From Histomonas meleagridis 2922-C6/04-290x (lineage: Eukaryota > Protista > Parabasalia), in NCBI GenBank assembly GCA_020184695.1, contig JAANOX010000245.1, positions 248,001 through 312,000 of the forward strand: 64,000 nucleotides of DNA, in the 5' to 3' direction. Shown one piece after another: positions 34,265-44,647 of this stretch (positions within the stretch are counted from its first letter, which is position 1; each line of letters opens with the position of its first letter). A program made the position numbers and the translations under genes. The notes below the pieces were generated by a model. It searched no databases. It saw only the letters and a list, made by a program, of their open reading frames with translations, and was not told the DNA's origin.

Positions 34265-34920
34265 TGTACCCTCCTGCGGCCAGTACGACGTGTAGCAAAT
34301 AAACCAACTTTCTGACCTGGATGAGCTTTACGTGAAGCAGTTGATTGCTTGCCGATATGTTGATGTAGGCCACCACCATATGGGTGATCAACAACTGGCA
34401 ATGCCTTCCTATTTGCAGCATACCTGTTTTGAGGAGTGGCTTTTCAAGATAGCAACCACTAGATACAAGGCATGCGCTGCAATTACTGGAAACAACGACT
34501 TTACGTCCTGAAAGAAGTTGAACACGTGCGTAGCCATCGTCATTGCGTGTGACAACACGTCACCAATCGCCAGAACATCGACTTACGACCACCATCATCT
34601 GGATGATTCTCAACATTGCAAACCTCAAAACCTTCTGGGATCTGTCCGAGTGGGAAAATATTAGCAACGTGGAGGGGGGCTGTGGAACCAACACGGATTA
34701 ATTGACCAGAATGAATTCCTTGTGGCGCAATCAACAAGATGCTTTTCAAGACCTGCCTTTCTGGATATTTGAAATAATAATTGTGCTAATGGAGCTCCTC
34801 TACCAGGATGATGAATAATGTCTTTAACAATACCAACAATTTGAAATGATCTTTGGAGCATATGTAAGTGGTATCAACTTTGGAGCGCCTTTCTTGTGGT
34901 GTGTATGGGGGCGCTTGTTT
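34265..34920 (-). pseudogene. RPL8: 60S ribosomal protein L8 (uL2) pseudogene
   Basis: Segments [45 protein letters not shown] and [15 protein letters not shown]...[12 protein letters not shown] lie in different frames. The N-terminus and the AYHKYKAKRNCWPRVRG region are missing. Confidence 0.9.
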
Positions 34921-35105
34921 CGTAGCTAATTTCCAAATTAGTGTTTCTTCCTTGAAACTCAAATTAAATAAACCATTTGACAAGAAAGTTATAACTCTCA
35001 AGAATAAATTTATTGTTGCGTAAATGATTATGATTTCTATTTTTTGTGTTGTACATAATAAAATATTTCATAAAAAAATATCTATCGAATCAACAATACA
35101 TGACT

Positions 35106-35693
35106 TTATTGAAATGAAGAAAATAGGTCAGTAAATTGTTTCAACGTCAGGAAGTCGAGTTCAGTTCCATAAAATGCATATATGGCATCAATGAATTCAC
35201 CAACATCAAATGGAAGATTCGTTTCCTGATAAACTCTGCAAAGAGCAGAAAGTCTAAGATTTGTATTAGGGCAATTTGGTGGATTTCTTGAGAGCATAGA
35301 ATTCCACCTTTGTGTTATTGTATTTCCAAACTTTTTTGATAAAATCGCAATAAACTTTGAAAGAAGGAATTCTTGACGTTCGGTAAGTTTGTTAACTTTT
35401 GGAGGATTTTCATAGCATGGAAAATCATCATTAATGAATTTTTTCCATTGAATCCTATTAATAACAATATCATCTTTAACTCCATATGGGGCCAATATGT
35501 TTTCCAAAGAAGCTGCAGGAATTAATTCTTTTTCACAAAATCTTTCAAGATCGTCAATTGTTATATATTCGTCATCATATTCTTTATCTTTGCATATTAT
35601 GTTAAATATTGCATCTGGTTGAAGTCCAGGAAATTCGTGGCAAATTACATTTCTTAATTTTTTGCGGAGGTTTATTGTTGCTGGAGTAAACAT
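35106..35693 (-). CDS. Hypothetical protein, weak EF-hand-like pairs
   Basis: 195-aa ORF. YITIDDLERF, INRIQWKKF and LTLKQFTDLF resemble degenerate EF-hand exits. Confidence 0.6.
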   Translation of the reverse strand: MFTPATINLRKKLRNVICHEFPGLQPDAIFNIICKDKEYDDEYITIDDLERFCEKELIPAASLENILAPYGVKDDIVINRIQWKKFINDDFPCYENPPKVNKLTERQEFLLSKFIAILSKKFGNTITQRWNSMLSRNPPNCPNTNLRLSALCRVYQETNLPFDVGEFIDAIYAFYGTELDFLTLKQFTDLFSSFQ

Positions 35694-36091
35694 TTGATGA
35701 AATTTTAACGTCTTTTAAACGTTCGCTATAAAAAAATTTCTGAAACAGAATGCACGAAATTTCTCTAATTATTAATCGTAAATAATAAAAGCAGAGAGAA
35801 TAGTAGCGACAATACATTGGTTTACCAAGTTTTAATTATTTTTAGAATGATGATACAAATTTACCAATTGACAATTGTCTTAGATTAAAATTACCAAGAC
35901 ATAATACTCAAGGCTTCTTTTAGATCAAAATAAGAATTGAAGTCTTTTTGTGGAGATCTTTTAGTATTCTATTTTTGAATTACAGATTTGCAATGTGAAT
36001 ATAAAAATATTTTCCACAATTACTTAATGATTTTAAAGCTTTATTATACATATGAAAATAAAACTTAATTTAGGAATTAAATTCAGTAACC

Positions 36092-37492
36092 TTATTTTCG
36101 TGAGAAACCAGGAGGTGTCTTTGGCGCTGGATTACTTTGTTGTGAGTTCGCTGCTGCAGCTCTTAAATGTGGTGGTACATATGCAGACGGAGGAGCTTTT
36201 GGTTTTGTCGGAGCTGCAATCTTTGGAAGAGGCAATGGATTCTTTAACCCAACCCATTCACACTGAGTCAGTTCGTTCATCTTTAAAGAGAAAACAATTT
36301 GACTCATGTGATTGAAAATTCGAATCTCATTAGATACCATCATCTTTGGATACAAAACTGCAGACAAAATCAGCCTTCCACAAGGGCTCCAATCCCATTC
36401 ACTTGTACATTGTGCCCTACCGTCAGAAATCTTTTGACGAGTTTGTGTATCGAACACTTGAAATTCACCAGTGAAGTTACCAAACCCACCAATGGCTATC
36501 AGGCTATTCGTAGGTGAAAATCGAATCGAATTATACGAGAATTGCCCGATTTCAAGTTGTGACCCAATCTTGTCGAAATTAACCGTAACCGCCGGGGGAA
36601 CATCACCGGCTATCGTCACGAATCGGTCGCCTGTCTGAGAGTATTGGACTGCGTGGACAGGTCCGGATTTTTTGAGGTTGAGCCTTTGTTGTCCTTGAAC
36701 GTTCAGATAATATGCAAAGGTTTCACCAAAATATGAATCGTTGCTTATATTCTTAGTTCCAATTGCAATGGCTGAACTGCCATTGGGGCTGATGGTGATT
36801 GTAAATGTTTCTCCAACCATTACTGGACGGTATGAAAGATGGCGATTAAAATTAGGGTATTCAAAAATTTTCATCTTTTTGGCTTCGCCTGATTTATCAT
36901 CATAAACAACAGCAAACCTTGTAACTCCTCTATTACAACTGAAGCTTGCTGCCAATAGGTTTGGTAATTCAATGTTTTGGGTTTCTTCGTTTCCATCTGG
37001 AAGAGTTTTGATGAATCTAATGCCACCTGAGTATGTGGAAGCAAACAAAAGTTCATCATCAGACCAATATAATTCTGGTATCTTAGAATGAGAATAGTTG
37101 AAAGATCTGACGAGTTCACCACCTGTTTTATAAATTTGAATTAAAGGAATCTTTTGCTCATCTGTTAAAGAATTCTTCCTTAAAATCAAAGCGAAGTATG
37201 TTCCCTTAGGGCTAAATTTAACTTGAACGATATTTGGAACTTGTATGTTTTGTATTTGACTCATATTTCCTGTATTTGGGTCAAATGCAAAAACGTTGAT
37301 CACCTTGTCAGAAAATTCTTTTGACCTGACATTGCTTCTTGTATAAAAAGCGACAAAATTGAAATTTGGTGCAAATGTAAAATTACGGCAATTTGGAAGC
37401 ACCTTAATTGGATCCCCAACCTTTAGTATTGCCTGGCCGTAGCTTACTTTTCTCAATTCAATTCCATCAGCTGATCCAGAACAAACAAACAT
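36092..37492 (-). CDS. EIF2A: Eukaryotic translation initiation factor 2A (WD40)
   Basis: SYFGET, GPVHAVQYS, NSIRFSP...IGGFGNFTGE, WDWSPCGRLILSAVLYPKM and AYVPPHLR motifs. Confidence 0.85.
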   Translation of the reverse strand: MFVCSGSADGIELRKVSYGQAILKVGDPIKVLPNCRNFTFAPNFNFVAFYTRSNVRSKEFSDKVINVFAFDPNTGNMSQIQNIQVPNIVQVKFSPKGTYFALILRKNSLTDEQKIPLIQIYKTGGELVRSFNYSHSKIPELYWSDDELLFASTYSGGIRFIKTLPDGNEETQNIELPNLLAASFSCNRGVTRFAVVYDDKSGEAKKMKIFEYPNFNRHLSYRPVMVGETFTITISPNGSSAIAIGTKNISNDSYFGETFAYYLNVQGQQRLNLKKSGPVHAVQYSQTGDRFVTIAGDVPPAVTVNFDKIGSQLEIGQFSYNSIRFSPTNSLIAIGGFGNFTGEFQVFDTQTRQKISDGRAQCTSEWDWSPCGRLILSAVLYPKMMVSNEIRIFNHMSQIVFSLKMNELTQCEWVGLKNPLPLPKIAAPTKPKAPPSAYVPPHLRAAAANSQQSNPAPKTPPGFSRK

Positions 37493-38406
37493 GGGGGCAA
37501 AGTAAACGATAGAATTGAAATTTTTTTGGCCAAAGTTAACTAAACGGTCTCCAATTTCACAAGGCCTTGTTTACAAACAACCCTCTGAACTTAAAACTTT
37601 CGAATAATTGTGTAGCAAATTATTTCTAAAGAGAATATGAAAAATTTAATATATGTAAAAATTTCAAAAGAGAAAAGTAGATGTTGTTGAAAGATTTATC
37701 AAAATTTATCAAGATACTTTTTCAAACAAAAATACCAAAAAATAATTTATATATTTTGCTTTAATAGCTGTTAAATGAATAACACTATTTTAAATATTAA
37801 TTATTTAATTTAAATATTTGATGCTTCTGTGCTGAAGATCTCAGCAGATATTCTTCACATATGGATAATTCTTCACAAACGTAACAAACAAAAGAGCATT
37901 ATTGATTATGATATATTCGACATAAAACTGGGAAAAAATTGATCTTTTTAACCATGAATAATATGTTTTAGAATCAATGGATCAACTGACTTTTATAAAG
38001 TTGTTTAAGCTTATTAAAATAAAATGAAAAAAGGTACATTTTATTTGCTTATTCATTTTGTTTATACGTTGAAAAAGTAAAATAAGATAGTTATATGCTG
38101 ACCACTAATTATTTTACATTTTACAAATTTTAAATATTTATATATAAATTATTCAGAAAAATATTCCTGCATATGAAAAATTAATCTTTATGTCCATAAT
38201 GCTTTATAATTGTTTCTGCAGAAAAATTTAGCAATTATTTGCCGCTGATCGTTAAAAAATACGTTACAGGGGGTTACCGTTGACCAATCTACTTTGAAAT
38301 TTTGAATCGAATTCCGTTAACCTTCCAATTTTAAATTGAATAATCACTTCAAAACTCGTTAAACTTTTGAGTGGGAATACAAAGCCAAATACAACCAAAT
38401 TTTTTT

Positions 38407-39336
38407 ATGAAATCATCAAGCAAAGTGTTGAATAAATATCAAGAAATAATAGGCCTTGATAACAGCCAGTTTGTTGACTTCGGAAAAAAGATTGCAATTC
38501 CAGAGTTTTCAAAAAATCGAATCATAAATGTGTGTAAAGAAGCACTCTCTGTTCTTAAATCACAAGAAACCCTTTTAAGAATTGATGAAAATTTGACAAT
38601 TGTTGGAAATCTGAATGGGAATCTTTTTGATCTAATAAGATTATTAAAAATATCTGGAAATCAGAAAATTCTCTTTCTAGGAAACTTTGTTTCTGATGGA
38701 GGTTATCCTTTGGAGACAGCAACTCTCATTCTCTCATTACTTGCTCTTGGAAAATGTTATGTTATACGTGGACCAAATGAATTCCAAGAAACAAATAAGG
38801 GCTTCAGCTTCTATAAGGACATCTTGGGAATGTATGGCACCAAGAATTTATGGGAAAAATTCAATTCTGTATTCTCATATTTACCACTTGCTGCAATTGT
38901 CAACAATTCAGTATTTTGCGTTTGCGGTGGCCTTTCACCATCAGTCAAATCCATTCCACAAATATCAAATATTAAAAGGACTGTTCATTCATGTAAAGGA
39001 AATACACTAATTCATGATTTATTATTCTCCAAACCCACAACATCTTTTTTCCAAATGAATCAGAAAGGAAACGAAGAGTCAGTAATGTTCAGTAAGGATG
39101 ATGTTGAAACATTTCTTCGAGAAAATGACATCAAAGCAATTGTAAGAAGTAGTCAGCCGTCCAAATACGGAGTCACAAAACAGTTCTGTGGAAGCCTGTT
39201 TAGTGTGTCTTCGAGTTGCACTGAAAAAGATGGGATCACAACAAGATGTGGAGTTGTGAAAGTCGACAATTCAATCAACGGCTTTTCGCTTCCTCTGTTC
39301 ATTGGGCCAAAACGGACTGCTGCTAAATTGGCCTAA
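38407..39336 (+). CDS. PPP-family Ser/Thr phosphatase-like protein with degenerate active site
   Basis: The PP1-like fold is present, but the motifs read GNLNG (vs GDxHG), FLGNFVSDG (vs GDYVDRG), RGPNE (vs RGNHE) and VCGGLSP (vs HGGLSP). The first ATG is at 38407. Confidence 0.8.
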   Translation: MKSSSKVLNKYQEIIGLDNSQFVDFGKKIAIPEFSKNRIINVCKEALSVLKSQETLLRIDENLTIVGNLNGNLFDLIRLLKISGNQKILFLGNFVSDGGYPLETATLILSLLALGKCYVIRGPNEFQETNKGFSFYKDILGMYGTKNLWEKFNSVFSYLPLAAIVNNSVFCVCGGLSPSVKSIPQISNIKRTVHSCKGNTLIHDLLFSKPTTSFFQMNQKGNEESVMFSKDDVETFLRENDIKAIVRSSQPSKYGVTKQFCGSLFSVSSSCTEKDGITTRCGVVKVDNSINGFSLPLFIGPKRTAAKLA

Positions 39337-39725
39337 TTTTCAATCCCAAAAAATAGAATAAATTAGAATACATTTAAGTCACTTTTTTCTATCCTTTTCA
39401 TGGCCAACAAATAGAGTTATTCACCTAAACTACAATTATTGATTTATGCGATGATTTTCTTGGTTCTGGTGATGGAATATAACAAGTTTGAATTTACTTA
39501 TTTTTATCCATCAAAATGTTAATTGGATTTAAAATTTGCCTAATTAAGCATATCTTTTACGGGCTACCATGAATATATTCTATCTACCATCTTTTGCTGT
39601 ACGTATGTGCTAAATCTTATTTTGTGAAATAAGTAAAAGCATATAGTTAAGTTACCTTGAACAGCTGTCAGAAACAACAAAAAAATTGTTTCATCCATCA
39701 TTAAAAAATGAACATATACATATAT

Positions 39726-40760
39726 TTATTCATTAAAGTATTTGTATCCCATCTCAGCAATGTCTGCTTCAATCTTTTCAACAGGGTCTATCGGCTCCTT
39801 TTCTGTACTCAATTTTGAGAGCGCTTTCCCAGCAACCGCCGTCAGATGCGACAGGTAAAGTAACTGGAAATTGATCTCATCCTTAAGAGATGCAATTGAT
39901 TCATCGCCACTACCATAATTTGCGAGCTGTTGAGCAATCATTTCTTTTTCGGAGTTCAGGGAGTTTACTAATGCTTCGTATTTTTGATGATCTGATTGTC
40001 TAACATTTTCATTCAGTTCTTTCAGAAGCATTTTTAGTGGCTTCTCTTGGATAGAATTGGTGGCTTTGTGGTATGAATCAAGAAAACGACCAAAAGAATC
40101 GGAAACAATTGCTTGTGTTGAAAATGAATTATGATAATCAGATCTGCTAAGATAATTCTTTACGGCCTCTGAAAGTTCTGCGCTAAGTTTTTGGTTTGTA
40201 GCTTGTGATTTATGAAGTTCTTCTTTTACTCTTCTTATTCGTGAATCTAAATCAATTATTGGTTTGAAAGGAGATTGTGGCTTAACGCCATGCTGAAGAG
40301 CAATTATAGCTTCAAGTTGTTTCTCTAACATTGTTTTTTCGATTATTCGTTCTGGAACAACATGAGATTTCTGTGTTGGTTTGATTGATAAAATGTTGGC
40401 AACCGTAGGCGATAACATTTGTATAGATTCTTCTTGGTATTTATGCTGCTGCTCTAAAAGTTTTGAATGTGCAATTTCAATTCTTTGAGATAATGTTTGA
40501 TGAGCATTTTTTAATCTTTGATTTTTCTTTTCGGACAATAAATATTCTCTCCTAGCATAAAAATATTGTTCAACCAAGTTTTGATCTGGAGTTTTATATT
40601 GATTTGGAGGAAGAGGTTTGACTTCTTCAAAATAAGAATTTGCTTTAAGAAACTCATTTCTTCGAGAAAGTTCTTCAATAACATTTTGAAGGGATGCAGA
40701 TTTATTTTGAAGATTACGAATGGTTTGTAACTTGATATTTACTTTGGCCTCAAGCTCCAT
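39726..40760 (-). CDS. Hypothetical coiled-coil protein
   Basis: Long E/K/Q/L-rich ORF. The probable start is MELEAK at 40760. Confidence 0.7.
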   Translation of the reverse strand: MELEAKVNIKLQTIRNLQNKSASLQNVIEELSRRNEFLKANSYFEEVKPLPPNQYKTPDQNLVEQYFYARREYLLSEKKNQRLKNAHQTLSQRIEIAHSKLLEQQHKYQEESIQMLSPTVANILSIKPTQKSHVVPERIIEKTMLEKQLEAIIALQHGVKPQSPFKPIIDLDSRIRRVKEELHKSQATNQKLSAELSEAVKNYLSRSDYHNSFSTQAIVSDSFGRFLDSYHKATNSIQEKPLKMLLKELNENVRQSDHQKYEALVNSLNSEKEMIAQQLANYGSGDESIASLKDEINFQLLYLSHLTAVAGKALSKLSTEKEPIDPVEKIEADIAEMGYKYFNE

Positions 40761-40881
40761 TTTATATAAAAAATTCAGTTGTTTATGTAAAAGTAAAAAC
40801 TTCCCCAAATTAAAAAAATAATTAAAATGTTATCTCAGCATAAAAAAACATATCATGTTAAAGATCGTAGAACACTCATTT

Positions 40882-41523
40882 TTATTGCTCCATTGAAAGA
40901 GTTTTCCAGACAAGTAAATCTGATTTTAATTGTTCAATTACAGATGTTTCAACTTTATCTTGTGGCTTGTATTGTGCAAATTTATCTCTCCATTTATCTG
41001 TCAAGTCTTTAACTTCTTGTTTCGTTTGTAATATTCCAATACGCATAAGTCTTCCCTGGATTTTTGTGATAATATTTATGTATTGGGTAGCATCCTGAAT
41101 TCCAAGATGACAAAGGTCAGAAAGAGTAGCAAAGTCCGTTCCTAAATCGAATGCATCTTGGAAATTAGCGTTTGACTTTCCACTGTCTCCTGAACCCTTG
41201 AAATCAGAAAACAAAGCAGCAATTGCATATGGGACATTAGTTTGACAAGCTTTGCAAAATGATTCAACATCATTTTTACCAAGATTAAGAGTTGCGAGCA
41301 AACGTGAAAATTGTGAATTTAAATCATCAAAAAATTGGCTGTGTTCTTCGGAGCTTATGTTACCTTCACAGTATTCATTCTCAATTTGTTCGACAGCTAT
41401 CAGAATACTAAAAAGATTTGCGTAAAGTTTTTCTTGTTCAATAGGAATTGGGTACTTCGAAAAGAACTTTTCTTGATGGAAGGTAGTAAAGTTATCTACT
41501 TGAGCATAGGGAGAAGGATACAT
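40882..41523 (-). CDS. VPS28: ESCRT-I subunit Vps28-like
   Basis: EKLYANLFSILIAVEQIENEY...EEHSQFFDDLNSQF matches the Vps28 N-terminal pattern; length 213 aa. Confidence 0.65.
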   Translation of the reverse strand: MYPSPYAQVDNFTTFHQEKFFSKYPIPIEQEKLYANLFSILIAVEQIENEYCEGNISSEEHSQFFDDLNSQFSRLLATLNLGKNDVESFCKACQTNVPYAIAALFSDFKGSGDSGKSNANFQDAFDLGTDFATLSDLCHLGIQDATQYINIITKIQGRLMRIGILQTKQEVKDLTDKWRDKFAQYKPQDKVETSVIEQLKSDLLVWKTLSMEQ

Positions 41524-41665
41524 AATTTTATTGGAGCTATTAGTTCAACGGTTATATTTTCAATCCAATGACGATAAATACAAACACAAAAAGTTTAATC
41601 AGTCAAGTTTTTGACACTTTTTTACATGTGGAAAAAGGAATTTAAATAAATTTTAATTAATATAT

Positions 41666-43027
41666 TTATATTGTTTGGTCATAATACATTTCTAAAAAAC
41701 TCGAAATAGCACTAATTGCATCTTGATCGAAAATTATACATAGAAGCGATTGAAGAGCTTCAAATCCATCAAATGATTCAAACATATCTTTGGCGCCTTG
41801 CACGGTGAACAATTTAGTAAGCTGGCCTAGTGTCTTTAGAACCATTTCAATATCTTCTATTTCAATGATATCTACCAAAGCTTGAATGATTTTATCTAAA
41901 GGGATCTGAGTTAACGTGTTCATTTCTGCAACCGTCACTACCGATAAAAAACAATTCAAAATATCCTTTTTGACACTAAACGGGCTCTCGCAATTCTGTA
42001 AAGAAAACTTTGCGATTGAAAATTGTAATTCAGGTGGAAATGAAAGTGGTGTAAGAAGAAGTAATCTAGAAATAACTTTAGATGCTCCTTGTGTTATTTT
42101 TTTTGATGCTGATTCAAAAAGGAATTGTATAAAATAATTAATGTAATTAGAAATATTTTCGTATTCATCATCAATAATATTAAGTGTTGTACCAATAACA
42201 TATTCAATGATAGCATTGTTTGTAGATGTAATAAGTGAATAAAAAATTTCAAATTCATTGAATTGGTTCATCATCTCTACAAAATTCGGGTGGCCAGAGA
42301 GTAAAAATACACTTTGAGCAATTGCTTTGGATTGAGATTCGGATCGAATAAATTCATCCATGACAGGATGCAAAATAGAAAAAATATATTCGAATTGCTC
42401 ATCATCGAATATGTCAAACATTAGTCGATTTACAAATTTCATAATGATTGAAATGTTCCCTTCTGTTGTTTCTTTACGTTGGAGGTGGAATAGTATTAAA
42501 TCGGGTGATACCAATGTGAATAGATTATCTCTCATGGATACAGAAAGAGTGGCAAGATTAGATAAGCAGAAAAAGCAATAATATATAGGCTCTTCTTGAT
42601 CGTGATATTTTTGGAGTACGAAGTTAATTTGTGCAAATAACCCATATTCAATCAAATCATCAGCATAATCAGTAATCTCCGAATTGGAAACAAGATTACA
42701 TGCAATCTGCCACATAAGGACTTGAACGTCTGTGTTATTTGATGTTAAGTTTTGAACCAAGAGATTACAAAGCCCAGAATTTCGAAATTCCCGAAAATAT
42801 ATATATCGCAAATAAAATCCAGAAATATCACGAAATTCTTCGAGGTGCTTAATATCTATTTGTTCATTATTTTCAATCTCTTCGACTAAAAAATTAAATA
42901 ATTCTGGATTCATTTCATAATCTTCTTCTTCTTTATTTGAATAATCTCCTTGGAAATAGTATCTATCTTCATCTGTAATATCTTTTAGTATATCTGTATT
43001 ATATTTGATTTGCTTGAATCCAGACAT
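41666..43027 (-). CDS. ARM-repeat (importin-alpha-like) hypothetical protein
   Basis: QVLMWQIACNLVS and YCFFCLSNLA ARM-type motifs. The probable start is MSGFK at 43027. Confidence 0.65.
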   Translation of the reverse strand: MSGFKQIKYNTDILKDITDEDRYYFQGDYSNKEEEDYEMNPELFNFLVEEIENNEQIDIKHLEEFRDISGFYLRYIYFREFRNSGLCNLLVQNLTSNNTDVQVLMWQIACNLVSNSEITDYADDLIEYGLFAQINFVLQKYHDQEEPIYYCFFCLSNLATLSVSMRDNLFTLVSPDLILFHLQRKETTEGNISIIMKFVNRLMFDIFDDEQFEYIFSILHPVMDEFIRSESQSKAIAQSVFLLSGHPNFVEMMNQFNEFEIFYSLITSTNNAIIEYVIGTTLNIIDDEYENISNYINYFIQFLFESASKKITQGASKVISRLLLLTPLSFPPELQFSIAKFSLQNCESPFSVKKDILNCFLSVVTVAEMNTLTQIPLDKIIQALVDIIEIEDIEMVLKTLGQLTKLFTVQGAKDMFESFDGFEALQSLLCIIFDQDAISAISSFLEMYYDQTI

Positions 43028-43208
43028 TTCTTTTAACGTACGTCTAAAATTGGAATTTAAAATTTGCACAAACTTATTAAACCAAATGTGAAACAATAAG
43101 TCTTTCATCCATATTTTAAAATTTCTCGTTTTTAATTGGAAAAGAGATTGGAGAAGCATATAAGTTAAAAAGAGAGATGTTTTAGTTAAAACATTAATTA
43201 TATATAAT

Positions 43209-44606
43209 TTAATCTTTTCTTGTTCTTCTAAACATACCTATTAATTTCTTTAGGAGCTCCTTTTCAAAGACGATTATTATTCCAGCAACAATTGGAATTG
43301 TGATAATCATCACAATTGCTCCTAACATATTTCCGAAAATAGAGAGCAGCAACAAAACAGCTAAAACAATAGCGGATGGGAATATTGTCTTCACCGCTTG
43401 ACCACATTCCAAATATATTACATGAATTGCCATACAACTTCTTATTGACATTGCAACACCGTTTGCGTAGACAGCTCCATGAGGTCCAAATATCTTTCCA
43501 AGCCAATACATCATTGTCAAGTAAATAACATTGACGATCAATAATTTTCTGTTATACACTTCTAGCTTATTTCTTGGTAGCCTAGCATTTGGAAATGCTT
43601 CTGTTACACCATTTAATGCCATAAATGGCATTATTCTACAAAATGCTGAAAGAACAGATTTCACATCATCACCAGACCATTTAGGTCCATAAACCTTACG
43701 GAGGACAACAGGCCCTAATACAGGTCCATATGAAGATGCAAGAAGTCCAATATAAATAACAAATCGACAACAAATTTGAAGCACCTCTATCGGCGGATTT
43801 TGGCTCTTCGCAAAAAGTGAAAAAGCCGATGACTCTATTGGAGCAAAAATGATGCGCGCAACAAGAGAGCAAAGATCGCTAACCATTCCGTAGACACCAA
43901 TTTGGTCATCGTTGTATGAAGAAGTTAGAAGAAGCCGCTCTCCTTGTGAAAAAAGCCATTGTATAATCGTTTGAACCACAAATGGTCGCAACGAAAGAAA
44001 TTCGACTTTAGTAGGTAATGAAATAAGTGGCTTCCCACACCTAAAAAGAAAACCTACAACAATACATAAGCTAAATAGGAGATTACAAAATCCAAAAATT
44101 ATCATTAATGTGACTGTTGAATTGTAGAAAAATTTTGTCAGTAGAACAGCTACTAAGCTGCGAAGTAAATAAGCTGGAGCAGTTACTTTTGCAACAATTC
44201 CACCTTGAAGTTGAGATAATTGAGGAACACACCAGAATTCTCCAACTAGTTCTATAAGAGCTGCAACACATGTGAGTGTAGATGCATACATATACCCTTC
44301 AATGTTTGGAGCAGATCTAAATGAAATGTATAATATTATTGGTGTAATTATAATTCCAATAAAAAATGGAATTATTGCATACCTTTTATGTGATTCTTGG
44401 TCTTCACTTTTAGCTGCAGCTTTTCTTACCCCATCTCTTGCCCAAAAAACAATTGTTTCTGAAATCAAAGATAATCTGATACTCCAAACACCAAAAAGAG
44501 CTCTATCAAGAAGCCTTACTAGAAACTGGTTTGATATGAAGCTTAATAATCGAGAAAATAAGTTAATAATAAAATTTGATGACCAAAAAGATAAAAAAGA
44601 TTCCAT
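43209..44606 (-). CDS. RFT1: Rft1 (Man5GlcNAc2-PP-dolichol translocation) protein
   Basis: Multi-TM protein with LISETIVFWARDGVRKA, QWLFSQGERLLL, GVYGMVSDLCSLVARIIFAPIESSA and MALNGVTEAF. Confidence 0.85.
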   Translation of the reverse strand: MESFLSFWSSNFIINLFSRLLSFISNQFLVRLLDRALFGVWSIRLSLISETIVFWARDGVRKAAAKSEDQESHKRYAIIPFFIGIIITPIILYISFRSAPNIEGYMYASTLTCVAALIELVGEFWCVPQLSQLQGGIVAKVTAPAYLLRSLVAVLLTKFFYNSTVTLMIIFGFCNLLFSLCIVVGFLFRCGKPLISLPTKVEFLSLRPFVVQTIIQWLFSQGERLLLTSSYNDDQIGVYGMVSDLCSLVARIIFAPIESSAFSLFAKSQNPPIEVLQICCRFVIYIGLLASSYGPVLGPVVLRKVYGPKWSGDDVKSVLSAFCRIMPFMALNGVTEAFPNARLPRNKLEVYNRKLLIVNVIYLTMMYWLGKIFGPHGAVYANGVAMSIRSCMAIHVIYLECGQAVKTIFPSAIVLAVLLLLSIFGNMLGAIVMIITIPIVAGIIIVFEKELLKKLIGMFRRTRKD

Positions 44607-44647
44607 TCTTTCACGACATGTTATATGAAATCAATTTTTATTTTTGA

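Noticed and set aside
37828-37852. Inverted repeat TGCTGA-AGATC-TCAGCA
   Set aside because: A 6-8 bp intergenic stem with no other support for an RNA gene or element end.
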